Shown: positions 48,126-62,720 of the stretch, piece by piece
Position numbering within the stretch: position 1 is the stretch's first letter
Layout: every line of letters begins with the position of its first letter
Source: Marsupella aquatica
Lineage: Eukaryota > Plantae > Marchantiophyta
Direction: 5' to 3'
DNA length: 64,000 nt
Assembly: GCA_973895155.1 (NCBI GenBank)
Contig: OZ316897.1
Span: 7,864,470-7,928,469 of the forward strand
Made by a program: the position numbers and the translations under genes
The notes under the pieces: model-generated
Databases searched by the model: none
Told to the model about the DNA's origin: nothing
The model's input: the letters and a program-made list of their open reading frames with translations, nothing else

Positions 48126-48424
48126 GGGAAAGGTAAATCTGGTGCCCTGCAATGTGTCAAGTGCACAAGGCTGGGAAAGGTAAATCTGCTGCCCTGCAAT
48201 GTGTCAAGTGCACAAGGCTGGGAAAGGTAAATCTGCTGCCCTGCAATGTGTCAAGCGCACAAGGCTGGTCGTGTCCATCTGTTGTCATTACCCCCATCTG
48301 CTGTCATTAGCCCTCAAGCTTATACAGAGCACACATTGTTTTATTATGAAGTTTGAGGTTGGGACCTCCTCAAGCTTATACAGAGCACACATTGTTTTAT
48401 TATGAAGTTTGAGGTTGGGACCTC
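48126..48424. repeat. Three copies of a 47-bp tandem repeat, followed by a 56-bp tandem duplication
   Basis: GGGAAAGGTAAATCTG.TGCCCTGCAATGTGTCAAG.GCACAAGGCT starts at 48126, 48173 and 48220. CCTCAAGCTTATACAGAGCAC..TTGGGACCT starts at 48312 and 48368. Confidence 0.9.
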
Positions 48425-51400
48425 AGGGGCAGGATAGTTTCCAGCCCTTGCCCTTAGAACTCCAAATATCTTGCCATCAGGTCGGGCATAGGAGGGGGTT
48501 CAGGCATGTAACTCTTGCTCACTTATATACTGGCTTGAGTCAGGTTTAAGGCTGCATTCTTCAGGGTCCCTCACATGTATGTTGGCTCTTACTGAGATGC
48601 AAAGCGTCTAGTTATATATGATGGACTCCCCAATGAGAAGTGTTACTTGACGGGGCCCTCGAGTGATCCAGATAGTTGATAGATCTTTGTAGACCCTAAA
48701 TTAACGACCCAATACCTCATGGGGTTGATTAGGGAGAAAAGTTTGGTTTGGGGTCCATCAAGCAAATGCCTCGCAAAGTTTGTGTACAACACTGAATGAA
48801 ATGAAAATGTAGTGTAAGTCAGTAACCATAGTAACTAGGTTATTTGCCTTAGTCACATGGAACTAGTGCACAACAGACCAGTGAATACATCTGCGCAAGG
48901 TGAACCTGACAAATCTATGAGATAAGTGTCACTGGTTGCGGACGAAAGTGGTGCCTGGGAAAGAGAGATGTTTATGTTTTGCATTTGAGGGTTTGACTTG
49001 AAAGTCTACAACAGAAGAACAGGTCCTTGTTTTTGACCATAAATGTCCCCACATTCTTCAGGTTCTGGCATGGAGTGCTTTTGCTTTCCCCTAATATCTG
49101 AGTAAAGCATTGTAAGTTATGACTGCTTGATGATCCATACAAGCTTGCTTTTGGCCGAATTGTCATGCACATGTGTTGCATTGAGAAAGCACCCTTTTCA
49201 AATTTATGCTGTGGATTGACTAGATTGTGAGCCCATCTGCAAGTATTGGTTCAGCCTCTCCTTTGCCCCAACATAACTCACACAATCCCTAACTAGACCA
49301 TTTTCCATTTGTTGTCATAAGCCAACTCCTAGGTCCCATCAAGAATGCTCTCTACATAAAACTTGTGTGCCTCATTGTTTGCTTGTCTGTTTGGCTGAAA
49401 TCTGTCAATGGTACAAGATTTGTCTTTTAGTCAGGTCCCGATTGGAGTGAAATTGCAATCACTCATATAGCTGCTTGCATTTTACAGAGTCAGCCGTTTG
49501 GGCATGACCAATGTTGTGAACGATTGATGGTGCTTGATCCTTGGCTTGATCTAATCTGATTTTATTCCTTTAGCTAGCCAAAGTACTGTCATTATTCTGA
49601 GTTCACCCTATAGAGAAGCCACCTGACCTACTGAGAATGTTGTTATTTTATTAGTGGTTATCAAAATTTTGATTTATTTAATGAGGGCCTTTGTTTCTTT
49701 GGCCAAACCAACTTGCAACCCCGCTTGCAACCCCTTCAGTTTTTATTATAAATAGATTTCTCTCAGTTTATAACTTCCTTCCTCAATTTTTCTCTTGATC
49801 CCATATTTTATCCCAAAATGAAACCCCTCTAAGTTGTTTCACTTGTACCCCTTTTAAATTGCTTAAATTGCTAAAAGTGATTTCAGCATTTTTTAACTTG
49901 TGATCTCCTTTTCCCAATTTTGAGCTGCTACCCAAGGTCAGAAGATTATGTTGACCATAATGAATGCTTAATTTATTCCATAAACACTGGTCTGAAACCA
50001 ATCTTTCTTCATATGTTCTAGAATGTGATTGTATTATTCTTGATAATTAGAAAAAATGAAAAATTCTTTATATTATCCTGCCTTGGGATAGACCTAGGAT
50101 CCCATCACTGATATTGAGTTCACTTTAGGGCCATCTTTCACATGCAAAGTCCTTGATATTCAGGCCCTCAAGTGATCGGTGACATTAACCTTAACTCCTT
50201 AGTTACGGATGATGGACACAAACACGATGAATGGACTTTTTGTCATGAGTATTGGTCTTATGCCATTACCACATTGGTCACTTTAGAGTCTGGTGACAGA
50301 ATAAATAGAAAAAAACTTTTCCATAACCTTATGTAAAAGTTATGACCATTATTTTAGGGGCCAAATGCCATCACCATATTGGGAAAAGCTTTTGAGACCC
50401 CCTAATCAAATCATATTTACTACTGTAGATCGGATTAGTCCCAACGACCCAACCTCTGGATTAGTGCCAACCTCTCTGATGGCGACACGCTCTACTCACG
50501 AGGCCCTCACTTGTCGCCTTTGAACTTGCGGCTCTCAATTCTGTCTCTTCATGGAGGCCACCATTTATTTAATTATTATTATTATACCTTACTACAGTCG
50601 AGATCCAAACTGCTGCTACATATTACACTAGTACTCGACGACTCTCCTACTCCAACTCGAGGAGCATCGACGATCTAATTAGAGGTACTGAAGCTCTGCA
50701 CATTTCTGCCGCTTCGTCGAAAGTCGAAACGGAATCCGATCGCTTGTAGAATCGTCACAATTTGCATTTATCCCTACATCGAGGTGCTTCGTTGGAGCGC
50801 GTGCGTACCTCACTTGCGTTCCTCTCATCTCTGCGTGCTCGATTCCATTTGCTACCTTAGCCTCGGACAGAGGTCGTACTCTGCCGCGCGTTCGTTGAGT
50901 CGTCAGCCGATCTATCGAGGTCGCTTTTCGGTTCGTCCGGGCTCCGCAATCAAAATCTGGAAAGGCGCTAGGCAGAGGGAGGAGCACTGTGGAACCTCGC
51001 CGAGGTCGGGACTTGGGACTGAGATTCCTGCTCTGGTTCGGGCGAGGTGGATTGATTCGTACGGGCTGGATTCGGTGTTTGTGGTCCCCGTTGAGAAGCG
51101 GACCGAGGGCTGGCTGACTGACCGGATGGATGAGCGAGTGGATGGATAGTAGTGGAGGAAGTGAGGAAGACGTGATGAATTAATGAATGGAAGGAGGCGA
51201 AGAAGAGCCTTCCTTGTAGTTTCTTTGCAGTAAAGCGTAAGCGATTCAATGATGATCATCATCCGGCGGATCGTGTACAGAAGTTTTCCGGGATTTGGAT
51301 TTCGATCACTGCACGCATGTTTTCAGTGATTTAGCCGTGGTTCATGTGGCCAGTGGATTAATCAGGAGGACAACCGCAGGGGGGCTCCTCTTGGACGATA

Positions 51401-52232
51401 TCTACTGAATCTGTAGACGGGTGGACGGAAGCGGCTTGGTTTGTGGTTTTGATTACGGTGTTTGATTGTGTTTTACACCGTTGCAGAGGAAGCAACGTGC
51501 TTGCTTTAGGTGATTATTGACTGGTTTCCGAGATTGACGGATAGCAGAGGAGCAAGCGTCAGCTGGCGTGACTGGGGCTGGAGCTGGAAAGTCGAACGAA
51601 ATTGTGAGGCAATTTCTTCCCTTGTACGGGCCAGCGAGCAGAAGCAAAAGCGCATACACGGACGGTGTTCCTTGTCCATTATCGTCGGCACCGGCCATCG
51701 AAGGTCATGTTACAGAGAAAGAGACGTGAGTAACGTTTGAATGAGTAAACGGTGCCGTCGCAGCGAGGGAGTTTTGGCGACTGAAATGACATATGTATTC
51801 ATGCCAAATCGAAGGGACTCATCGTTGTAAAATATTTTTTTGGTGTCGAAGAAGGCACTCTAGGTGTCGTAGCGTAGAGATCGATCAAGGCATGGGGCGA
51901 ATGATGCAGCAAGTTTGATGGATGACTTTGTACATGCGAGGCCTGCATGACAATGACTATGACGATTATGAAGAGGAGGAGGAGAAGGAGGAGGACAGGG
52001 GGATGCACGACGGCCTGAATTAGGCCGAGCACCGCACTGGTGTCTTTAGTCTTTGGCTAAGGATTGGCAAAGGGATTTCTAGGTTTCGGTAGGGTGACAG
52101 ATTTCGTCGTTAGTTCGTCGTACTCAACGAAGCGGAAGGAGGGATTTTTTCTGAACTATGCATCTGGTGGAGACAGCTGCATTGAAATGCGCCTCTGCCA
52201 CGCCATATTAGCTGACACAGACCAGGGTCACC

Positions 52233-55200
52233 ATGTGGTTCTGGCGGCCCCGGGATCGCTTCTCCTTGGACGAGCTCAAGTGAGTCCAGTTCTTTGCCCT
52301 CCACATTCCGAAAGCTTTTTATAGTCTCTTACTCCTGCTTGTAAAATTACTTTCTTCCTTCAAAGGGTGCTCTCGTGTATTTTAAATTGGATAGAGTACT
52401 CGTGCAACAGTTCGGTGGGTTTCCTTGCATCCAGCCTGACTTTGAAAGTGCTCCGAATCGGTGAGGCATTCTTCCCTGGTCTGTCCCCTCATTATATAAG
52501 GCTCCCTGGAAAATGTACGAGAGAAAACAGGTGAAGTATCTGCCAGTCCGTGAATATTCTGCTCCTGGCATGATATTTTTTGTCCTGTCGGCTCTTGTTA
52601 CAGTCGAAGGATTCGCGAAAAGTTCAAGCGGACCAGTTTTCTGACTTCTAATTTGTCAGAAATCCTGCTTGCTCATTTCCTGCTCACTCAACAAGTTCCG
52701 CGATTATTCTTGTCCCTGAGCTTGCCACGGCTTTCGTGAACAGTTTTCAATCTCCCAACTCAATGGAATTCAGGGGAATCACGACCATCGCATTTTGTGC
52801 CAACAATTTTTGATAATTGGGCGGAATATGATCAGATTAGGGTTCAGGAATGTGGACATATGCCCGTATTCCCGTCACTCTGGCTCGTGACTCTTGAAAT
52901 AGCTTTTTCAAGTCAGATCCAACAGAAAGGGGATGTAGACATCAGCGTGTTGCTCAGCAGTGGACTATCGTCTCGGGCAGCCCTTTTTTCTACATATGGT
53001 CAAGTCTAGTATAGAGGAGTAGTCAGTATAATGTAGCATCCGAATTTCTATATTCTAGAGGTAGTGATGCGAACCGGAATTCGTCTAAAATTGTCAATAA
53101 TTGCTTGTGATTGAGACGTATTGAGTACCTGGCGAGTTTCAATCAGTAGCTTCTTGCCTATCGAGTAATGGTACAGATGTCACAGGTTACGAATGAATTT
53201 GACGTGAGAGCGATTGCTCATATAACCAAAGAATCTTTTTCAGAAGCCTGCTTTGACCCCTTAGCTTGTTGCTGGCATGTCAGCTATAGCAGTAGAGTCT
53301 TCACAAGCCTCTGTTCTGCATAATTTAGGATTTCCGCTTAGTATTCCAAATGTTTAACTACGAGGAGCCTTAGCTGTAGAACGTGTAGAAAGTAGTCAAA
53401 GTAGAAGTGTTAGAACTCTTATGACGATGCCTAGAGGTCAAGCCGATGTAGTACTTTTCTCCAAGCTCATGCAGCTCTATTCTGCTCTATATTGCGTCCA
53501 AGGACCAAGTAGCGCAAAGGCTAGATGCCGACCGTGTCCTGAAGGATGATTTTTAGTGCTTATATAAGACAGGAATGAGGTTTTTGTGCATGGGTGATGA
53601 CAATCTCCCTACTTATTAGATTACGTGTAGCTGAACTATTTAATTTAATACAAGTCGTGAAGAACTGGATCACTGTACTTCTAGTTCAAATATATTTCCT
53701 AATCTGGAGTTCTACTGCTGGGCAGGTATCTTAACGAACAGCTGCAGAAAGTTACCGTAATCAATGACTCTAACAAGGTGCAGATTTTCTCCTTCTTGTC
53801 AAGGTTCTGGTATACTTCTCAATTGATTTGTTGATCATTTTCTCTCCATCCCAGTGTATTTTTTTTTGTCTCAAGTCCATTGTGTTTGGATGTAGGATTC
53901 TGTGGTTGAAACATTACGATCGATGGCAGAGCTGATGATATGGGGTGATCAACATGATCCCCTTTTTTTCGAGTAAGCTGCTTCCCTTTTGCTAAGATTT
54001 TTGGATTCAGCCCAGAATCTTGGTTATATTTACAATTCATATCTCAAACAAGAATTTCGGTGTGTATTTGTCAGCGCCATAGTATGCTTCAAGTTCGGGT
54101 TGTGGACTCAGTAATTAATCAATGGTTATATTCATGTATGTTTTGTTTCGACAGTTATTTTATGGAGAAGCAGGTGATGGCGCATTTTCTGCGGATATTG
54201 AATTACAGTAAAAGAAGTAGCAGCGTGGCGGTGCAGCTACTTCAGACACTAAGTATAATCATTGGAAATATTCGAAGTGAACATGCCATCTGTAAGTTTT
54301 CTATATACAGTGTAAAGACCATGCAAGAGCATAATCAGAGGATACGGAGTCTTTTTCTAGTACGTGGAAACTGTGCTGCAGTAGGAGCTCCTGAGCTCTT
54401 GTAGGCTAACTAGTAGGACAGAACGGATGAGGCTAGACTTAATGAAGTGTTCTAACGCAATTAGGTCTTCGCGGTGCCCATTTGTGCTTTTTTAGCAAAT
54501 CATACTACTTGGTACCACTTGGAGTTGATCAAGGTAAGTGGGCATTTCTCTTCTGACAGTAGAACGCCATTGAAATAGGTCAAGTTATCTCTTGACCTTG
54601 TTTCTCCCCAATAGTAACCGTCTTCATAGAAGATACTATGGACTTGACGGTGGACAACAGTTATGTTGCCAAGCTAACAAGGCTCAGCCAGAAGTTTATC
54701 CAGATTTTGTGCAAGGGTGATGTGACTCTGTTTTGTTCATTTTTGCAGATTACTTGTTCAGTAACGAGTATATCAACAACCTGATTACGTATCCTTTTGA
54801 CTTCCGACATGAAGAAGTGCTAGCGTATTATATTTCCTTCTTAAGGTTTGTGAAGGGGATTTGGGCTTTTGTTACTTTCAATGTTTTCTTTCTTCGATAT
54901 GATGTGCTTTCTTTATGAGCATCCCTCTTCTACTGTGTGACTTGGTGGATTCTGAATTTGTCGACGACAGGGGGTTCAGAACTCGAGAAACTGATAATGT
55001 CCGAGCTCTTATTTGTTGGATGGTTGTGATTTATATTAGAACAATCAGCACCAAGCTGGACGCAACTACGATATCTTTCTTTATCAAGATGAAAGACGTA
55101 GGTGTCTTTGTTTTGTCTGCTCATTTTCATGAAGCCTTTATTACATTTTCCTTCATCTGGTGCATTTTGTCTTGATGTAGTTGCAGTAGTTTCCAGATAA

Positions 55201-58200
55201 GCACTGCAGTTTGTAGTTCTTTCAGCTGTACCTTTGGGAAGCTTTTCTCTATTTTTGACATAGTGGTTTACTTGCACAGGAAAAAGTTACTTCATTTCCG
55301 CTGTATAGTGAGGCCATAAAGTTCTTTCAACATGAAGAGAGTATGGTGCGGATTGCTGTTCGAACTCTTACTCTCAATGTCTATAACGGTCAGTGATGAC
55401 ATAGCTTTCATATCCCGAGTAGAATCAGCCGTTTTTGAAATTTAGATTCGTCTTTCGCTTCCTGAAATTTCCACGGCAGCTCATGTGTCCTGAGCAACCT
55501 TTTATTGCAGTGTCGTACCTGAGTTATTGTCTTGCAGCTTCTAGTTGGTGCTGGTTACTAGAGAGCTATAAATTTGAAGGTTAATAAAGTACTGTCAACC
55601 GCAATTCCAGTGATGCCGGCTCAGAAAGTTGTATACTCATGTCTTGTGGCAGTGGACGATGTGGGCATCCAAAAGTTTGTGATGGATTCTCCAGTTGTGG
55701 ACTACTTTTCTGATCTCGTGACATTCTTGAGGCAACAGAGCGTGAATCTTGATGGCTTAGTTGCTGAAGCGACAAGGTAAGAATGTTTCCAGATGTGGAC
55801 AGGTTTTACGATGCTAGGGGACTAATTTGACTAATCGTCGATTAAATTTGTGAAATCGTGACTTCTTTGACATTTTGCCCGACTGTTCTGAACGGCCAAA
55901 ATCTGATTTGCACTGATTGGAATGATGTCTATGGTCATTCATGTAGAGATTGACGATAGACCCAGTTGACAAGTCATTGAAACATCATGTTAGTAGGTAT
56001 AGAGGAAGTTGTTTGTATGGAACGAAGTAAGCAAATTTCTTGCTGTGTCTATATTTAGTCCGTTTCTGCGTTGCAATATAGTTTTTCTCAGTGGTGCAAT
56101 GAGACACCTTGTTAGTGGACCGTAGTACTCGGGACTTTGTAGCTGACAAGCATAAAACTTGGTGCGTTTTGAGTGTGATTGTAGGGCTCCACAGTCAGCC
56201 GCAACTATTGGCCGGTTAGAAGCAGCCATTGCAGAGATTGGAGACTTGATTTTTTACTGTAATGATATAATGAGCTCAGGCATCCCAGGTTTGAATGAGC
56301 TCATGAGCAAGCACATACTTAATCTGCTAGTGAAACCAGTGCTGGTTCCTTCTTTGTGCCGTGACAGGGAATCAACTGCTAACATGGGGGTAATCATTTG
56401 ACCACCCTCTGGAATATTAATGATATAATCCCTCATTCTATTCAGTTACTCCTGGGTTGTTCTCGTTGTTTTGTGTGCTATTCTGAGTTTTTCAGTGTGT
56501 CGGTCATTGGGATCCATTTCCCGGAACTTGTGCTTGGCCAGATGCAAATGACTGTGGAGCTTGATGGCAATGACAGGATGGATACTTTTCAAATCCTTTG
56601 CATTTACTTTCGTTACCCTAAACTTACTCAGTTGGCCAAGTTAATGATATGAAGAAATGTTTGTAGGTGATGCAGGTCAGTCCACTATGCTCTATGTATT
56701 TGTTCTCCCGTTTATTACACATAATCAAGAGGAGACCACTGGTAAATCTGATCAGTGCTGCTCTGCTCCAAATCACTCAACCAGCATCTGCTGTAAACAG
56801 AGAGAACGGTGTGGTGCAAACTTCGGATGAAAGCACTCACCCCTCTGGTATCTTGAAGGTGGAAGCAAGTACACAGGATGCTGAAAGGAATACTTCTCAT
56901 GAAAGGGCGGGGGGCTTGCAGCGTCGTTATGTGGAGTCCCCATCTGCGAGCCCACGGTGCTCTCTCTGAACCATCGCCGGAGATCTTAGATGCAAGGGAC
57001 ACATGAATGTATGATCTGTATGGAGATAATTAGTATAAGTATTTATTTAAGTGTAATTTCTCACATCAAGATCCACCGTAATTCTTGATTCTCTCAGTTG
57101 ATTAGGCTTAATGTAGCAGCTCTAGATATTTCCAATGATGCCTTTTTCCATCGTTTTCAAGAAGTTGAGACTCGACAATGAGCATTTAGTGGTTGATACG
57201 AGTAAGAGCTTGCAAAGCATAGGTCAGGTCTATTTATCTTCTGATGTTTCTGTATTGAAGCTAGAGGCTTATGCTTAATGCTGGACTTCTGCAGGGCAGC
57301 GCTTATATCACACCTTCTTCAACTGGATGATAAGCTCGTATTAGCCTCTCTTTGCGTGCTAGTTGCATTGTTGCAGAATGAAGGTAAAACTCGCTGTAAC
57401 CTGGGTCCGCTTGCTTCTCAATCCCTCGGAGCGAAAATGATTTGCTTAAAGCTTGTTTTGTCTCCCTAGTCGAACATTGAGACCCTCTGCTGGTCCTTAA
57501 TCCTTATAGAATTGCATCAGTATCGATCAATATTCTAATACCGTCTCTGGCTACTTCCATGGTGAAGCACAGATTTGGATGAAATGCTGTTGGACGCCTT
57601 AGGAATTCTTCCCCGGCAGAAGAAACACAAACACATGCTATTAGTATGTCCCTTTGTCGAACCACATCTGAATCATTGTCTTTAAACTGTAGAGAAATGG
57701 AGCAGGGGTTTATTGATTCCAACATTTGTGAATTGGTGATCACTGTTTGCCATTGCTGTCGACAGGCCTTAAAATGTGGCCTGTGCTTCTTTCTAGTACC
57801 AAGCTTAAATCCTGATAATTGTGGACGGGTAGCCCTGCGTACTTACCACATTTTACTGGTCGCTATGTCCAGCAAGCTTTAATGGGCACCCAATCTGAAG
57901 AAGAGCCAGAGTTTTTTGCTGAGCCTCCTGCACAACTGGAAGAGGATATTGCTTTAGGGTTCCAGAATTTCAAGATTGCCGATTATGTCGGTGGCTCGAT
58001 GGTAATTTTTTGTCCCAAATTTTCTTAGCCTTATATTATAACCTGATGGCTTGGAATTTACAGAGGGATCTCCTGCTCCTGTTAGTTGTATCAGGGATTT
58101 AGTGTATCGTCTGTTGCGAAGATCTCCTTCACTGATGCCTTTTTCTTAATCTTTGGTAGAATGGTCGACCAAAATATAATGGTGATCTCCCGGATGGTGG

Positions 58201-61180
58201 TTCTCCTGGATCAAAGTCGCGAAGGCATAGGCAGGAGGCATGTATTATGAACGGCTTTCTTCATGTGATCTTGTGCTAATATTTATGGTTGCCGATCGTG
58301 TCCTCACCGACTAGTTTCTTCAATGTTCCGATTTATTGTAACTAGAAGAGCTGGATTGATTAGTCTTGAGAGACATTTCCAGGTCTAGAATTGTGCTTGC
58401 TGAGAATTTGTAAAATTGGCAGTATCGCACTCAGAAACGACGAAACCTGTGTCTTAAACAATATCAGAATATGCACCCCAGCTTAGTTCCATTGAAGTTC
58501 ACTCGCCTCAAAAGTCACGGGAAATTACTAAATCTGATCAGTGCTTTCCTTCTAAATCCCATGTGATTCCAACAGGTGTTGGATGCATTGATGCAACTCC
58601 TTTCAAGACGTCCACCTCCCTGCGCTGAAGCCTTATGGCATGCAGGGTGGTTGATCCGCCAGTTACTACCCGTTGATGGACATCAATTAAGCACTTCAGG
58701 ACTATCTCTGCTTGATGTAAGTGGTCTTGGTCGGGTCCGTGGTTCTCGACTGAAGCAAATCCCTATTGTGGTTGTTGAAGGAACTGAGATATGTTTGTGA
58801 GTTAGTGACAAATGCACGCTTGTGCTTTTTATTGTTGCTATCTAGTTGGCGTAAGTTTTATTCTGTATCATACCCTTTGAGACTTAAAAGGTCCAGTGCC
58901 TGTGAACAGGTTCTTTTATATGCTAGATCTGATAGTACGTTGATTTACTGTATGAATTAGAATGCCTATTCAGCAGCCCGTGAAGACATTCTCAAGGAGG
59001 TCACAGATTGCTGGTGTGACGTAATTCCGACTGTTCTTACTGATGAGTGGAAAGTTTGTAGAAAAGGTAAATTTTATAAAAAAATATACTGTCTATCTGG
59101 ATAGTTGTTTAAAGGTCGTTGTAAATTGAGCTTATCCAACTTTTTTAGTTCCATTTCAATTTGATATTTCATGAATTATGGACACGGCGAGTAATGCTAC
59201 GCATCTCTGCGACTCCTCATAGACTGATCACTGAATCACCACCTGTTATGCCTGGGTACTAGAAATTATGGAATGCATCTGTAAGATCAATGGTTTGTGA
59301 AAGATACCCATTTTAGATCGTTTTACAACATGTTTTCACTGTTTGTATACAGCTTTGGAGTCCCCATCTTTGCAAAGAGACTCTTCGTTTGTGCTACTCC
59401 CCAGATTTAACGAGTCTCTCGTGGAAGGTGAGTCCCCTTGGCAAATATGGCTGTCTGCTTTATCATCAACCAGAATGGGTACCCATTGGGTTGCTGAATC
59501 ATATTTGAGCCACCTAGTAGGAGCAGCAGTTGCTTTTGTGGTTCCGGCCATCATCTTGTCGAAATGATTTGGCTTCTGAGTTTCCTTGATTAGATTAAAC
59601 ACTTCTGGTTTTAGTTTTTAATTTTTTTCTTGTACCTCGCTTCCCGTCTGCTCGTCAAATGTTCATAAGTAATAACTTTCCAGTCTATGACTTGTTTTGG
59701 AAACGGTTAAATTGTCACTTTATACACCTGCACCTTTACCTATACAGGTGAGATCTCTTCTTCAGCTATTGGAGAACGAATGCGAGCAGCTGTGAAGGTT
59801 TTACTCTCTCGTTTTCGTTGTTTTCCTTTCTCTTATGCGGACTTTGTTGGCTCTGTTCTACTTGTCAGTATGTTACTTTGTACATCACTTCTCGTGGTCC
59901 CTTGTCAGAGCCAAGAGATGGTAGTTCGTTACACGTCCAGTTAAGCAAACAATATCATATGAGCGTCATAACATAGGCAATGACCTGGAATCTGAGCACT
60001 GATATGCTTTTGGGCATCCTAAGCGCTAGACACTCGCTACGAATGATTCTAATTGGTAGTGTTGCTTTTTATTTCCAGGTGTTTGTTGCTCTTCATCAGA
60101 TGCGACATTTGCTTTCTGAGGGGACTTGGCCAGAAGCTCCAGCTTTTGGATGGCCAAAAGAGGACGCTGAAAGTACTCTGCTACAAGTTGGGCTACACCT
60201 TTCCAACATCAGAGTTGGGGCTGAAGTAAATTTAAGTAAGTCGAAAGTTCTAGTGTGGAAGGTTTGTTCGATTTCTGCTACTTGACTCGATGAAACTAGC
60301 AGTAAGTAGATCCATATGGCACATATTGCAGTGAATTTCCCATTTCATCGGATTTTAATCGCATTGTGGGTGCTTAGACCGATTCTCCAACTCGTTTAGT
60401 TGTTTTTGGTAATTCTCCTTGGAACAGCAAGAAATATCAGTTCGACGTCCAAAATTACCTTATGCTGTCCTTCATACCTGACTAAATGAAGAGAGCTGAT
60501 TTTCGATGTTGGAATCTTAAGTTGAAGGGAAGGCCTTGGCATGTCGTGTTGCCTTCGAGAGGGGCAAAGAACGGTCAGTTTTCCTCATGATAGTGCACAA
60601 AGAAAAGGACGTAGCCAGCTGGTTATTGCTGGTGGAAGAGCTTTCCTCTATGCAAGGTCATGGAGTTGTCCGAGTTATTGCTCCTCTTGCTGGTTCCAAG
60701 GTAGCTTTGATCTTCTGAATTGTTTCCTGTGGCTTGAAGCCTTGATTACAGTGAAGGAAGAGATTGATATCAGATTTGGATCATCTTCGGTTACTTCTTT
60801 TAATCTAGTCTGATAGGAGTTTTAGAGAGAATTTGGAAGTGTGCTGTTATGTGACATACGTGCTGGATTTGGTAACATTCGAGAGGTCCTGATGGATGGT
60901 TCAATTGTTACAGCCCAGAGTGGATGATGATCACCCAAGATGGCTCCACCTTCGAATTCGCTCACCTCACTGGCCATCTGCAGATGCGGGCAAGCTTGGA
61001 ACCCAGGGATCTCGGGTGAAACGTCTAGTGGACGGAAGATGGACCCTTGCATTCTCTGAGGAGGTGAAATGCCAAGCTGCAAAGTCAGTGGTTGCACAGA
61101 TGATTGAGGTTCAAGCGTCGTTGGTTCACCAAGTCTTATCTCCTCTGATTGATCCAACTGTGAATGATACCAGAAATTGA
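52233..61180 (+). CDS. TT9: TRANSPARENT TESTA 9 / GFS9 (CLEC16A/FPL-domain) homolog, ~21 exons
   Basis: [16 protein letters not shown]|YLNEQLQKV..|[22 protein letters not shown]..|[25 protein letters not shown]..|[99 protein letters not shown], with stop at 61178-61180. Splice phases are consistent throughout. Confidence 0.93.
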
Positions 61181-62493
61181 CCACGTACCAGCTCATCGTG
61201 GATTAGAAAGCCTACCCTTTATGTTGTATGCCATCCTGTCTATTGTATTTCCCCTTTTTTATCACTCCTGGGTCAGTAGAGCCCTTGTACGACTAGGTGG
61301 CATTCTGCATCAATAGGAACGGCACTGATGTCTAGGACTGTCAAATTTAGACTCCGTCTTCTTCCAGAACACTTGAATTGAGAAAATTAGTCCATGAAGA
61401 GCAGCCTTCTGTAAAATAGCGTTGGAGAAGTGGCCCTCAAGCAACATTGACTGTTGTTGCTTCTTGAGTGCTGTACCTAGGTTGGCTCGTAGTACCAATC
61501 TATTGGCCCTTCTGTCGGAGATATTGTTCCACATATTGATGTTGAGCTTTGTCAATTTGAAGCTCTGTGTAATAAAGCAGGACGACATTGCATCACAGGG
61601 CTATCTCCATCTGTCAACATCTTGCAAAGTTTTGGGTGTACTCGGAAAGGAACTGTTGCACCAGAGCATCAAGCGTTCCTTCACTTTTGACTGCGTGGCT
61701 TAGTGAAGATGTCAACTCAGAATCCTGTTCTCTAACCCAGCCATTCAAAGAAGTTGCCACGTTGTTTTCTTCTACGCATTTTGCCGTGTTGGGACCTCTG
61801 CCGCTGTGCCACAGTCGGTCTTGACTCCTTCAGAAAGTGGCAACACATGGAGGCTGTGTTGTTGTCAGTCCAAGTTGCCACTTCACTTTACTCGTGATCT
61901 ACACTAAACACCGATGTTGCTGTCACACATTATTGTAGTGTTGTATTGAGCGGTCTAGCCTCGTATTCTACTGCAGAGACTTGCTTGAGCAGCTAGAATT
62001 GAACTAACTGTGATCTGAAGTAAATGGCCTTTACTAGAAGGGTGAAGATGAGTCATCCCGTCCTGCACCACATGAACTATCTCTTTCTTTTCTTCTTAGA
62101 GTACGGACTATTGACCGTAGTGGCATTTCCTTTCGGACAGACATGCCGTTCCTTTCAGTAGACATCGATGGGCATGGGCAGTAGATAATTTGGTTTGTTG
62201 TTCAGGGTGGGCTGGGTGTCTACAGGTAGTCGGGGGAGAAGTGTGTTTGGTACTTGTCTTCCATGTATCAATTGAAGTAATTGACTAATGAGGCTATAAA
62301 ATGTCCGGACGGGCTTGCTTAGTAAGAGTGTTAGGTTTCAAGCCACTTGAACTAGGGATATCCTTTGCACCAGAGAGCAGTTGCATTAAGGACAATGATT
62401 CACATGACAAGCTGCAGTCTTAGTGACGTCTTGTTTGTTTTGACAATGCTTCATGATGCGACACTGTACGTGTATGCAGACTACTGCCACACG

Positions 62494-62720
62494 GATCGCT
62501 AGGAAACCACTTTCTGAGCAATTTTCAATATTGAGAGGGAATGAACGAATTGATTCTATGGTCGGCAGATTCATAATTGGGACAAGGGCGACACACTCTA
62601 CATGTATTCAAACCTACTCCCGCAAGGATCGCTAGGAAACTAGTTTCTGAGTAAATTTCTTTGTTAAGAGGGAATGAACGAATTGGTTCTATGGTCGGTA
62701 GATCCATAATTGGGCAAGGG
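62494..62720. repeat. ~132-bp-period degenerate direct duplication
   Basis: GGATCGCTAGGAAAC..TTTCTGAG..GAGGGAATGAACGAATTG.TTCTATGGTCGG.AGAT.CATAATTGGG starts at 62494 and 62626. Confidence 0.75.

Noticed and set aside
50679-52232. Short ORFs upstream of TT9
   Set aside because: They have no recognisable motifs and the region looks like 5' leader or intron; uORF function cannot be supported from sequence alone.
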